Positions 1 to 13,567 of a stretch of 64,000 bases of DNA are shown piece by piece (the stretch's first letter is position 1; each line of letters starts with the position of its first letter). The stretch is from the NCBI GenBank assembly GCA_965153285.1, contig OZ229111.1, one strand, 5' to 3'. This DNA is from Podarcis tiliguerta (Eukaryota). The notes below the pieces were generated by a model that ran no database searches, was not told where the DNA came from, and saw nothing but the letters and a program-made list of their open reading frames with translations. The translations under genes were made by a program, and so were the position numbers.

Positions 1-569
1 GGCAGGGAAGGTATCATTGCCTGTCAAGTGCCGCTACTCCTTTGCAAGAGATCCTGTCAGATGGACAGGACAGAACCCAAACAGCAGGAGGAGCAGGCCT
101 CTCTTTCTACCTGCCTGCCAAGCACCTGGGTAGAAATTAGGCAGAGAGGGCTGCACGCGGCTCCAAGGCCACAGGCTGCCTGTTTACAAGATGTTCATCT
201 TTCCCAGAATGCTCTGGCAGACTCCAAGGCCTTCTGGAAAAAAACGAACAAGCCTCACGCCAGGGAGGGATAAACGTAACCCAGGTGATTCATCCAAGGC
301 CACAGACAAAGGCAGCAGCTGGCCTCAGAATGCACTGCCCCATCCTACACCTCCGGAACAGAGCAGCTGCGGAAGTCTGTCGTAGCAAAAGCAATCAATA
401 TAAGGGTAGCATAAGCATGCTGCGGACTATACGTTGCATGCTGTCCATTGCATAAGGTGCATGGAAGACCACTGGGCAGTGCTTGGTTACCATTAAGACT
501 GGGTTGGAGAAAGTCTGGATAAGGGATTGCACAAGTGGTTGTAACTAGATTCACTAGATTTCCAACAGG

Positions 570-1320
570 AGTACCTGGTATGCCCTACGGAGGACCCTAG
601 AGTCTGCAAACAATAACATCTTGGGAGGACCCGGGCCTCAAGGAGGTTAGGCTGGCCTCGAACCAGAGCCAGGGCCTTTTTGGCCCTGGCCCCAGCCTGG
701 TGGAACACCCTGCTGCGAAAGACTTGACATCTCTCCACAGGGCCTGTAAGACAGAGCTGTTCCGCCAGGCCTTTTGTCAGGGCCCAGTCTGACCCCTCTC
801 CTCCTACAAGACCCTACATATACCGTATTTTTTGCTCTATAAGACTCACTTTTTCCCTCCTAAAAGGTAAGGGGAAATGTGTGTGCATCTTATGGAGCGA
901 ATGCAGGCTGCACAGCTATCCCAGAAGCCAGAACAGCAAGAGGGATTGCTGCTTTCACTGCATCATGATCCCTCTTGCTGTTCTGGCTTCTGAGATTCAG
1001 AATATTTTGTTCTTGTTTTCCTCCTCCAAAAACTAGGTGCGTCTTGTGGTCTGGTGCGTCTTATAGAGCGAAAAATACGGTAATAGGTCTCTCTAATTCC
1101 TCTCACCGGTTCATATAAATAGCTGAGCCTGGTGTGTACCTAAGGTTCCCAAACCCTATAGTCATAATTTGCCGGTTGCCTTCTGATCTTATTTGATTTT
1201 AATCCGATTTTAAGGTGTATTTCAGTCAATTGCTGAATTTTATGTTTTAATGTATTTATATTTTGATGTTAGCTGCCCTTAGCCTGGTTATGGTGGGATA
1301 TAAATAATCATAATTATTAT
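570..1320 (+). mobile_element. L2-like LINE 3' end, interrupted by the MITE at 823-1080
   Basis: Degenerate RAF..LAPAWWN.L...RACKTELFRQAF ORF2 terminus; AT-rich tail near 1300. Confidence 0.6.
823..1080. mobile_element. Tc2/pogo-like MITE, copy 1
   Basis: TIR CCGTATTTTTYGCTCTATAAGAC at both ends, TA duplications; 258 bp. Confidence 0.88.
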
Positions 1321-3629
1321 CATCATCCCCATCATCCTACAACTGAATATAGAACATAAAACATTTTCCAGATGAGAACCTACAGTAAGTGTTGCAGACT
1401 CCTCAGACACCCAAAGTTAAGTAGCCTCATGGCTTTTCAAGACTGGCCCGAGGGTGCTCCCACAGGGGCTCACCTGATCCCTGCCACTCCAAAGGGGGTC
1501 AAAACTCCTATTAACTTTTTACTGGCCATGTCTGTTCCTGGGGGAATCACGGTATGGATTACTCCTGTGAACCGCCCTGAGACCTGCGGGTTTAGGGCAG
1601 TATATGAATTTGATTAATAATAAATCCAACACCTTGAGAAAAGAATTTCACAGGAACTTCCTTGCCTTTGAAAACTCAGTAACCCAAAACTGGTTAGTTT
1701 GCATACAACCGTTTTATATTAGACTAGAAATCCCATGTTATGATTTGTTTCATTCCCTTCCCCTCTATCTCATCCATGGAATTTCTCTCTCTCTTATAAA
1801 CTTTGTTTACTACTCGTACATAAGAATGTGGCATAGTCATTTCTGGAAAGTATGTCTGAGTGAGCAGAGTTCTCTACTGCAGAAGTGTTTAATTATGGAA
1901 GATTAAACGTCAAGCCAGCCCTGCTTTTTATTATTGAGGTTCATAGCCTCTCTTCCATCCCCCCACCCCCAAATTGGCCATGGAGTCTCTCTATTCCTTC
2001 CTTTCTTGCAAAAACAGTCGTCAGTCCCTCCTTGCCAATGCCTGGTACACTTCTGGGTCCGCAGATGGGTGGGGCTACATTGGCCTTTGCCTTTTCATTT
2101 GCAGACATGGAAGGGAGGAAGGGAGGGAAGGAGAAAATATTAAGCCAGACAGAAAGCAGAGAGTTGACCTAAATTGCTGGACAATACAGTGGTAGAGGAA
2201 CAGAGGAAGTTTTGTGGGGTCTCATACAGGGTGGCATACACAGCATACATTTAAAGCACATAACTCTTCCCCCAAATAATCTTAGGAACTGCAGTTTAAG
2301 GGAACTGGGTATTGTAATACCGAGGAATAAACTAGAGTTCCCAAGACATATATGTCATATAACTAACATGCTAAGAACACAAGGCTCTGGGTCTTAAAAG
2401 TATTGTGAAGGTGTAACAAATTACTACTATATTATCTTTGATTGTAAATGGTGGAGTGCAACATGTTAACTGGACCTTTGTAGCTTTGCAAAGTTATGGG
2501 CTAAACGGAGCTGCGCTCCAAGGTTATTTTTCAAAAGCAAACTTGAGAATGGGACCATCTGAACTGCTCACATGGAAGTGCACGGAAGCAGGTGTGTTCA
2601 AAGCCCAGGTACTTATTTAAAGCTCTTATTCTTAACATCTGTGTCCTGAATAACGAATCCAAGATGGTGGGAACCAAAGCAGAGTGACCAAGAAACAAGA
2701 GGGAGGTTGAGCGTGCTCGGCTGAAATCTGCAAATGTACAAAAATATCCTTTAAATATAAAATCTAAAGGGGATCCCCTCTTCCCCATCAATACTTAGCT
2801 CAGTGAGGACAAAGCGTGCTCGCTTGTTGTCAGATGGAAATGAAAAATGTGAAATATATGCGAGGAGCAAAGAAATGGCATATCCTGGAGGGAGGGCAAA
2901 GCTGACTGGCTAGCTGGAAGTGTGAACAAGAGAGCTCATGTTGGGAAGGAGAGAGAGCGCCATGTGGCATATAGTCCAGAGTAAGGAGTTCTGCTTGCGC
3001 AATGGAACAGTCTCCTCTCCTCCTCCTGCCTGCTGTTCTGGAGGTTCTAGAGGAGTGGGGCAAAGCCCTGTTGTGCTAGTGACAAGTCCTTGCACTGGCT
3101 TCTGCTAGCATAACTGAATGTGTGTCATGTGATCAAGGTCTTCCTGTCCTGAGTCCATTCAGCCTAGCATCCTTCTTCCTACAAGAATCAGATCCTAATA
3201 AACGGATGATCTGGCTCAGTAGGGCAGCTCGTGTTGTCTTCAATAATATGTGGTTCAGACTGTTACTAAGTCAGATACATTAGCCTCGCCACAAATTGTA
3301 AACGTTTTAACATACAGTACTGCATTTATGTTAAAACAGTCTTCAAAGAGCCCAGAGAGGAATTTTAGTCTAAATGTACAGTACATGGGAAAACAAACAA
3401 GGGTTTTAGCAAACCACAAGCTAAACTGGAGTCAGAGTTCAATGCAGTGGCTAAAAAGACAAGCGTTTCCAAATGGGTTGGGATTCTTTTTTGGAAAAAA
3501 ACAACAAGCAAATGGATCTGTACATTGGAGGTTTATTTGTATTTTTTTTACGCCCGAGGGGATGTCGTTTTAAAATCTATTTTGTTTTTATTGTATAACT
3601 GCAAATTGCCTTGAGGCTTATGTGAAAGT

Positions 3630-4100
3630 AATAATGCAACCCTGAGCTGCATCAACAGGAGTTTCGGTGTCCCATTCAGGAGTAATGGCACCACTCTAGA
3701 ATGCTTTGGTCACTTCACCTGAGGAACAGGGCACTACAATTTAAGGAAGAGGGCAATAAAGATGATGAGTGAGCCTGAGACCAAGGCTGATGTGGGAAGG
3801 TTGAAGGATCTGGTTTGGCTGTGTGGGGCAGAGCGGACATTACATATTTGACAGGTTGCCAAATAGATGGAGCAGGTTTGTTGCTCCAGAGTGTGTGACC
3901 CAAAACAATGGGTTTAAATTACAAACATTAGGAAGAACGTCCTGAACTGTTTTGACAGTGGACAGTGGACTGCCTCAGAAGGTGGACTCTCATCTATTAC
4001 AGGTTTTTAAGCAGTTTTTACGCTATCTCAGATGCTGCTGTTGTGGGGTCCCTTCATCAGCACTAAATGTACTTTGATGCTCTTCCAGCTCTTTGATTCT
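3630..4100 (+). mobile_element. Old CR1 LINE 3' fragment
   Basis: Degenerate CR1 ORF2 end (CTGCATCAACAGGAG ... ATTAGGAAGAAC ... TTCCAGCTCTTTGATTCTA). Confidence 0.55.
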
Positions 4101-7100
4101 AGCACCCGGTGCAGTAGGTAAAGCTGAGAAACCAGTCCTTCTTGAAAGGGTTCTAAGTGAGCTTCACAGCTGAGCAGGGATTTGACTCCAAGTCAAGAAC
4201 AGAAAAGAAAAAGGATAAGAGAGGAAGGCTGTGATAGGAAGACGTAGCAAATGTAGAAGGCCCAGATAGGAGAAATGAAATAACTGGCTGGTTTGAAAAG
4301 AAAGCTGAAGAAGGATGGGGGAAGAAATTATAGGAGATGGGTAAAAATACTTTTGAGAAGAATGTGGAGGTGGGGAGGGGAAGATATAAAGGAATAAGCT
4401 TTCTGCATTTTGATTCTGATTCGGCAAATTCTGCCTAAAATGGGCAGGCTGAGTCACAAAACCTCCAGAGCAAATGTACTGAACTTGAGGAAAGATGAGC
4501 TCCTAGTCGCACAAAAAAATGCTTCAGCAAAGAATTTAGTCAATTTTCTAACATGGATTAGGTATCAGTAAAAACCATCACCAGTAATTATCAAACTCTG
4601 CTTCCATTTTGTGAGTGGTTCTGCTGCTGCATCACTGTTCGCCTCAGCAATTTTCAGCTGTCTCAAGGTAAGGCAAATGGACTATCCATGATTCTGGCTT
4701 GATTCATCCCCAGAACATAACCCCCATGTAAGTTGAGTCTCACCTCTATGACAATTTTAGCATTTTTACTCTACATGTTAAACAAATGCAGGGGACAGGC
4801 CAACAGGTCACCGTTTCCCAAGTTTACGACAGATGACATGTGGCAAATGTATTCAGTACATTACGTTCCAATAGTCAATTTGCATGATTTAACATTGCAC
4901 CCAGAAACTGCTACGTTAGTTTTAACTGTAAACTGCTTGGAGGCCTCTGTACAGCCCAAAGACCAAATATGATTTCCCCTCCATCTTCAAATTATCAGTT
5001 AGCCTTCTTCTTTGAATGACAAAACAGATATTGCTCAAATTAATGCATTCACCACTTGTTACTCTCTTCTGCTTGTTACGTTACACATTTTGTTTTCTCA
5101 TGTTGTAATCCGCCCTGTGATCCTTGGGTGAAGGACAGTATAGAAATTTTAATAATTAATAATACTACTTACTTATTCCAAGCTTCAAGTTTGTCGGATA
5201 TCTCAGCACTTCCTACTTCTGAAATATCAATCTTTTAGATCAGGAGTGGGAAGCCTTTATTAGCCTGTGGGTCACATCATTCCCTCCTGGGCGACCTCTG
5301 GGGATGGGCAGCAGAGACAAAATGTGGGTGGAACAACAAATGTGAACTTTACCTTTGGTCAGTAGGCTAGCTTCCACATATATATGCAGCCTCTCTGTGT
5401 CCTTCATTCATGCAAGAGGGGCTATAAGAATTCAAGGACACATTTCAGACAGTCAAAAACTAGTAGAGGAGCATGAGAAGCTGGGCCGGAGTGTGTGTGG
5501 ACTGGGGGGAGTCCCAAAGGCTAGAGAGAGAGACCAGGAGAGCTGTACTGAGTCCCCTTAGCCTCAGGTTCTCCACCCATTTAAAACCATGATGGACTCC
5601 CTTAAGGTTGCCAGGATGCCTTTCTTGTTGATTCCAAGTACAAAATGATTCATGACTTAGAAGTTCATTCCGGGGAAGCAAGCTGCTTTAAAATTGTGCA
5701 TGAAATGGAAAGAAACAGACATTTAGGGAAAGAGAGTTTTATTTTTAAGCTTCTATGAGGGTTTTTACAAACAGAGTAAAAAAAAAGCTTTTCAAAAGTA
5801 AGCAAGAATGTCATTTACCTTATACTATTGTAGGTATGTTTCTAAATCCAAAAGTTCCACTAAAATTGATCAGACTGGCCTCGCTGCTTGGAGGCAGGCA
5901 ACTACTTCTGACAAGCTGTTTGGACTGCTGACGGGGAGGTGGGGTGCTGACTAGGAAAAGGAAAGTCTCTGTTCTAAAATTTGGTGCATGCCAAGTAGTG
6001 GGCAGTGAAATTTAGGACAGTGAAATCGCACTGAGAGGTGACTAGCAAACCATAACTGGAAATAAGTGACACTGAACTGTCCTATGTTGCTGGACTGAAC
6101 CTACAAGGTTGGGTCCCATAGGGCACAGAAAAGAGTGTTTCACAAAGACTCTTGAAGACACCCCAGGGAGATACTATTCTCTTATTATCTTTTAAAATCC
6201 AAGGTACAACTGATATTTTAAAAAGGGCAACTGCTCGATTTCTGATTTCTCAGCATGTAGGGAAAGCAATGAGCTCAGCAAATTATCCACTCACCCCCAA
6301 AACTGGCCAGAGGGCCTAGGGCACTCTAAGCCTGAAATCATTTAAAATCAAATCATAAATCAGAACATTCCTCTTCTGAGACAAACTCCAATACTTACTT
6401 TATTGGAATTTACTCAACATGTTATCCCTGGGATAAGCCATTTCCATGCTTTCTGAACGTCATTATAACGTCTAGCATACTAAGCCACATTAAACCTTTT
6501 CTTGCCCGTGACAAATGGCTCTGGGAACAACTGGTGCTGGTGGGGAAAAACCCTCCAACAAGATAAAGAGGGTCCATTAACCGGACATTAAACTGGAAGT
6601 AAGTAAGGAGAGCGACTAATAAAATGGCCTGCTGTGGGGATAGGAAGGAGATGGTTACGCTATTAAAAACTCCACAAACTTCCAAACAAATAACTGAAAT
6701 ACTTTGGTATATAGAGCATTACTTTCTTTTTAAAATGGTTTGGTTTACAGCACCAATGTGAAACTAGAGCCAAATTATTATTTTTTAAAAAATTAAGAAC
6801 CACTCTACAGGTAAGTGTATATATATATATGGTGACAATTTTGTTGTTTTTAAGAAGCTCCCCTTAAGCAGGATAAACAAAACAGGACTTCTCTCCAGAC
6901 CTGATCCCAAAGTTCTCTAGATAACCATTTCTCCAAACTTTACTGTGTGAGTGTACAAACCATCTCTAAAACTAGGATGTGACAGAAACAAGTAATGTGA
7001 ACTGTCTCTCCTAAGTCCCTTTCCTCTACCTACAGGCACCCCCCATCAGTTCATGTTGCATGCCAATTCCTACGCTACCATCCTGAAATATTGTGTTCTT

Positions 7101-9203
7101 GTATTTGGGCAAAATCCACTACAGCTACAGAGGAACAGTATTTTCTCTCTACTTGGGAATAAAACTCAATATTGGCAGGGTGTCTGCAAATTCTCCAACT
7201 CATCTCCTGGTCAATCTTCCTCTTTTACAGGGCTATAAATTCTCATGTTTTTGACTGCAACTCTTGTGAATCGGGTGTTTGGAGAATAACCTAGAACAGC
7301 TTGATCTACATTAGAAAAAAAAATTCTTAAAAGGTAACTGACTAGCACTTGTTCTACATTAAAATTCTGAAGCCAGCAGGCAAGCATAAATATTCAACTT
7401 ATCAGCTTAATTATCATTTTAAAGCAAATTTCATGAATTCTTCAACACAGAGTTTGGTCAATCTGCATAATCATGATTCTCTTGATTTCCAGCCTCAGTC
7501 CTTCTTCCAATATTACCTATGAGCAACTTCACCGACTCTTAGCCTTATGATATTGAATCCTGGGAATTTTAAAGTTACATGATTCCAAGACTTCGCGTGC
7601 CCAACCACAGCCCGAGCATTTCAAGTCTCTTAGAGAAGAATCAAGCACTGGAATTAATTTGGACTGTGGTCTGCAACCTGAAATTAAATCTGTTTGTGAT
7701 GCTCCATTCCTCCACTTTGAGAAAACAGTCTACTCACCAAATACTATAAATGAAAAATACACCCTCCATAAGAAGTCAAAGAAAGGGAAGTTTTAAAAAA
7801 TAAATTAAACACACACACACACAGTTCCCTGTGGGCAATAAATAAATGTGCACAAAAGTGTAGCTTTGATTACTTGGAACTAACATGAGGGAGGTTGGTT
7901 GAGCAAGCAAAGCTAAACTGCTGGCCGTCTGAAACCTTCTGACTGCTCACATGAGTACAGCATTGTCCTGGTGGATGTCCGTAATACAAAGCTTCCAGGT
8001 GTTTCCATGACGCCGATTTCAGTATAACAGGTCAGCAAAGGAAGATACAGCATTGGAGAAGATACAGCAAATTGGCTACTAGTTCTATGGTGGCTGCAAC
8101 TCAAGTCAATTTCGCTGCCACCACTCAGTAGCTCTGCTCTCAAACCCCTCTATGAAACTTTGGATCATGCCCTTTTTAATGAAAAGGCAGCAAAGCAAAA
8201 GTTTGGTGGCTACAAAAATAAAACAAATTACAAAAACAAAATCAAGCAGCCCCTAAAGCTTAAGGTGTTCAGGCAGTCCTGAATCAAGACAAGTGACCAA
8301 ATTTACAAGTAATCCAAAGTTAAAGTCCCTTTCTGTATAAGATAGAAGTTACTTCTATTTACTTTAACATGCAAATTTATAATATATGGTATATAGAGAA
8401 TATAGTGAAATGCTAATGTCTAGAATATAACCATCTACCCAGCTAGTCTCTGCCTTACCTTTGGCATGATTTTTTTTTTACAGTTTTGTTTGTTTTAAAA
8501 TCCCCCTTTTGAATTGCATGCACCACACGCTGCACACCTGTGCCCCACCCACCCCAATATCCCCACACACTTTAAGAGCAGATGTCAGGCAGGCGATTGT
8601 AAACATTTAGCAATCCAGATTAAAAATAACATTAACAAAGATTTGTTCTAAATTAATACATTAAAAAAATAATTTAAAAAATGCAATAAAACTGCATTTT
8701 TTTCCTCAATTTTTCTTGAAAAGACATCCCGTGTTTTTGAACGTTTGAAAAAACCTTTAACGTTTCCCAAACCTATCCCACCCCTGTATGCTCCCCCCAC
8801 CATGGCAAGCTAAATTATAACCTTCTTTTGAGAATGGAAAACACCCTTCCGCATTTGAGAGTTAGGCAATCTCCTGATAAGAGGTTATTCTTGCTTTCTC
8901 TTGAAGTAAAGGGAAGATGAACCAGGCTCTTCAAGAGGTCAATTGTTTTTGGGTGGTCTGCCGTGTTTGAGAGCTTCAAGTCCAAAGGGAAATAGAATAC
9001 TGTATCCAAACTCATTTCTTGAAAGGGACAAATGTGCAATTTTTAAAAGTGAACCCAGAAGCTTTCTGCTTCAAATGCTGAACAACAATCTAATAATTCT
9101 GAACCTGTGTAAATATTATGTTTTATAATCAACCCTCTCCCATTTTTTTCCAACACTTTGGCCATGTTCTCCATCAGGATAAATTGTCAGTTCACGAAAA
9201 ATA

Positions 9204-9462
9204 CCGTATTTTTCGCTCTATAAGACGCACCAGACCACAAGACGCACCTAGTTTTTGGAGGAGGAAAACAAGAGAAAAAAAATTCTGAATCTCAGAAGCC
9301 AGAATAGCAAGAGGGATCGCTGTGCAGTGAAAGCAACAATCCCTCTTGCTGTTCTGGCTTCTGGCATAGCTGTGCAGCCTGCATTCGCTCCATAAGACGC
9401 ACACACATTTCTCCTTGCTTTTTAGGAGGGAAAAAGTGAGTCTTATAGAGCAAAAAATACGG
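9204..9462. mobile_element. Tc2/pogo-like MITE, copy 2 (opposite orientation to copy 1)
   Basis: Same TIRs and TA TSD; near-identical internal sequence. Confidence 0.88.
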
Positions 9463-12400
9463 TATTTTCAATTTTGAATTTTAACCTTAATTGACATTTG
9501 CACAACTTCTATTTTTTTTATATAAAAAAAATCTGATTTAGTTCTGGGACTTTACCAAGTCATTGTACTGCATTTCATCTAATAGTCATTTTATAAATAC
9601 TCAAGTACATACATCACTATGTACTGAAGTACCTGCATGCAAACAGTCTAATTCCCTTGAAGACCCTTGCTGGTATCTTTTGCCTTGCTAAGACAAGAAC
9701 ACAAACTCAGACACCTGGAGAAATCTCTTAGTATCTCTTCTAGCTACTGCTCTGCTGAACATATGATGAAATGTGCAGGAAAAATCTCATACGTCACATT
9801 TCCAAACATGCAGGCAAATTTATTTCACAACTTTGTGGGAGGAGCACTTCTAAACCTTGACGTCTTGAGGCACTAGAGAAAGGAGAGCCAAAAGATTTAT
9901 ATGTTTATTTAATGGCTGGAACAAGCTTCCAGATGGAAAGTTAAAACAGCGCAAGGCTGAAGTTACTTATTTTAAGCAACTTTTTTTTTTAAAGGGCTCT
10001 TTTCTTAAATTCCAAGTTCACAAGATACGACACAAATGTTCAATAAATATCCACTAAAAAAATCAACGGACAAAATAGCTTTTCAGGAGTTACATTACAG
10101 GAGGCACTTATTCATAGGACCTGACAGTTCCATCACTTGGAATCTTAAACGGAATAAAGCTTTTAGGAGCGGCAAAGCAGATACCTACAAATTCTTAAAC
10201 ACCAAGAAGAAACAAAACCCAAAAGCCATCTTTAAAGAGAAAAATCTCATCATTGCAAAGCCAATCCCATCATTAGGGGCACCTGCTTTCCATTAGCACT
10301 AGAAAACCCAGTGCTCTAATAACATTCTTGTACTCTCAACTATCTTCCAACCAATGCTTCTTGATTTAAGATTTCCAGGGCCTAGCCAGCCACTAAAGAT
10401 TAACCAATTCATGCTGGCAACTGCTAATAAAAAAGTTTTGAGAGGCTCTGTGCTCTAAAGCTAAACCATGGTTTTTAGGTCAAGCCAGAAGGTAGATCCA
10501 CTGCTAGTTCCACTTTTAGATATCAGCCACTTTGGAAAGGTACCAGTGCCAGTTGTCATGCCATGCATCACCAATTCTCTGCCAACTAGTATACTTCATT
10601 TCCTAAAGTACATTTCATAGAAGTCCAATGGAAGAACAGGTTGTAGAGCCAAAAGGAGGGCACACCCAGCTTTTAGGATAAGGCGATAAAACCGCTCCCA
10701 TTGGACTGCTTCTACTAACCCTTTCTATTTATCTCTTTCCCACACCTTCTGTACTTCCCAGTACGCACCGCACATTAACTTGACATCCAATTTTAAACAC
10801 CACTTTCTTCTACACACAGCCCAGTGCCGTTCTCAACTTGCACGTGCTGTTCTTCCACCTGGATCTCGAGTCCAACTTTTCACACTTCCAATATCTCCTC
10901 TGTTCCCTCACCTGCGCCAGCATTCTCTACCCAAGGTGCTTCACTTCCCCGACAAAACCACAAGACACGCCCAGACCTTTGATGACTACTAGCCTACTTT
11001 CCAAGATGAATTCTCAAAAGTGGTGATTAACTCCGCAATTGCTGGACTGTGCAAAAGCAAGCAGAAGGGTGAGGGCCTATCACTGAGAAAGACAGGCCAC
11101 CCTGATCATCCATGGAGAAGACTACTGCAACTGGTCCTACTGGTCACCAGGGCTTTAGTTCTCCTATGAGTTTCTCATTATATCTTTCAGACACTCTACC
11201 TTGTCCTCTGCTATAAGGGGTTTTAGCCTCTCCCCACTCCTTCTCTAGGCAGTTCAATATTTTGACAGTGTACTGCTCTTCTTGTCATCTTGTGGAAGAT
11301 GCCCTAGAAAGCATGCTTTACTCTTCTCCAAACCATTTTTTTGTGCAAGTGACATCTCAAATCTGCATCTTTATAGGATCATTCTTGTATCAATTTGAAG
11401 TTGGGAGGCCTGAACAATTCCTAATCAAAACACATTTCTGTGGCAAAATGATCTCCTATGCCCTTCGCCCTGATAGATGATATCTCCAAGTAGTCTTAAT
11501 ATGAGCTTTCTTGTTATTTTGCTCAAGTGAAACACAAAACTGCATTTCTACTATGTTTGTCCTCTACCCAAAGAGCTTCCAATACGGCAAAAAGATCTTG
11601 CTATTGAAGATAACAAAGTCTTGTGCCTATGCAGAACGACCCATTTATTTCTTTTTTTGAAAAGCACGACTCAGTATCTTGAAATCAAAACCACGTCTGG
11701 ATGTACATTACTGACTCTCTAAATCAAAGTTTAGGAAGTCACCAAACATCAGGCATGCATTCTCCCCCTTTACCCCCACCCTGTGTTGATGCAGAGATCC
11801 TGGTTAGTTTCAGCTGCAATTCCCCATTATGTCTGAATTGGCAAACTGTTATTTTACTAACCAGGGTCAAACCATGGTTTATTATTACTGCTAGAGAACT
11901 GTAACAGCTCGGTTTACTATTTCAGATCCAATGGGATCAGATCACTAATGGGAAAGGTAAGTGTGTGAGTTTGTTGTTTGTTCCTGGTTCTTGAACTATG
12001 GTTTAGCACACTATTTTCAAGCTACTTTCAAACTGTGGCATAATGTCTTTGGAAAACACTCAGATTTTCTTAAAATTCTGGAGAGTTTAGGAAGACATCA
12101 TAGCCAAAGTTCAGAGAAGAGGCTAAATAAACATCTTGCTGAAGCCTCCACAATACTAAAGGAATTCATCTTGGAGGCTAGGCATCTCTTAAACATGCAC
12201 CGCAGCACCACCTTGTGTTTTTCATTAGACACCCATAGGTAAACTTCATTGCTTTTCCTACTCCACTTCCATAAAACCATTAATATTCACTCACTGTTTG
12301 GACGCATCTTAAATCTGAAACTTGCTTTCTCTGCTCACTGCCCTTTAGTTTTCATCAGCTCTTCACTTCCAACTTTCTCTCATACAGCAAATGTCTTTTC

Positions 12401-13561
12401 ATATAACACACTCCATCCATTTTCTTTTAGGCACAAAACCACCTACTCATAAAGCCTGTGTGCAAATGAAATTGCCTTCCTTCATATTCCGAAAAATGCT
12501 GCCACATTAACAGCCACTACTGAGGTCAGCAGAATAACTGAACTTCCACACTGTGTTGTAACGATGTCCCGGTCACAAGGAATGAAGACCTCCACCCTCT
12601 CAGGAAATGAACTCTCCATGTCCTCCAAGCTCTTTGGTAACTTGCCTCATTTTGTTAGCAACTATCCACTCTAAAAATCTAATCAGTCACAGAAAACACC
12701 CACCTACTTCTTCGCAAGTCAAGCAAGTGCACTGCCCCAATCTCAAAGGAGCCTCTTGGTCTGGTCTGACTTTCTGGCAGGTTGCCCAGCATCCCCAAGC
12801 ACTTTGTAGGACATACCCAAACATGGATTATGCTATAACTGCTCCTCCCTCCACTAATTCTGCCACTGAATGTACCTAATTTTGGCTCCCCTTGGAAACA
12901 TAATACAATATAGGAGCTCCCCCTTGGAAACAGCCAGAATATAGATGGAATCATGTCTCAAGGAGTTGTACTAAGCAGACAGCCCAGCATCATCAATGAC
13001 CACAGGTGCATCTCCTTTTCAGGACATCCCAAGTACTGTTATGACTTTAGTTTAAAACTTCTGTGTGTGTGTTGGGTTTATGAAGTTGATCTATACATCT
13101 AATATAGTACGGCATCTGACAATGCAGTGAACCGTCATGCCTGCGCCACAAGTAACCACACTAACCCAAATATCCATAAGATTGAGACAAGAGCGAAGAT
13201 TATGGTACTCCAACCTTTGCTAGCAAGAGAAAGCAGGAATAAGCCTCACCTTCAGGTTAACAGTCAGAGCTTCAGGACTGTGCTTTAACCTCTGGACTAC
13301 CTGAAATGCAATTGTTATTGGCAGAATTGACTCAAGAAGAAAACCAGGATTCATTCCCAAAGTCTCTGACCACCTCTCATTCCCAAGGCTGATGGTGGCA
13401 ATTGTTGCCCCTAAAGGTTTATATGACAACTTCAATGACCCAGAGACCTTGGTGCCTACAGCATGGCCCCAACACTTTGGGAATGCCTGTCAATTAGAGT
13501 TGACTGGAATTCTGTCCCTTCTGGCTTCTTATCCTGTTAAAAACACTAGCAGAAAAAAAGC

Positions 13562-13567
13562 TTTATT
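13562..13567 (-). terminator. Candidate proximal polyadenylation signal for MAP2K7
   Basis: First AATAAA seen on the minus strand after the stop, followed by U/GU-rich sequence. Confidence 0.35.

Noticed and set aside
7700-10300. MALAT1-like triple helix/mascRNA or a snoRNA in the U-rich region
   Set aside because: No paired U-rich/A-rich triplex motifs followed by a tRNA-like element, and no convincing snoRNA boxes, were seen.
12884-12945. Direct repeat GCTCCCCTTGGAAACA (twice) and other short duplications (about 8040, 25950, 29537)
   Set aside because: Ordinary local tandem duplications; not an array, and CRISPR does not apply to vertebrate DNA.
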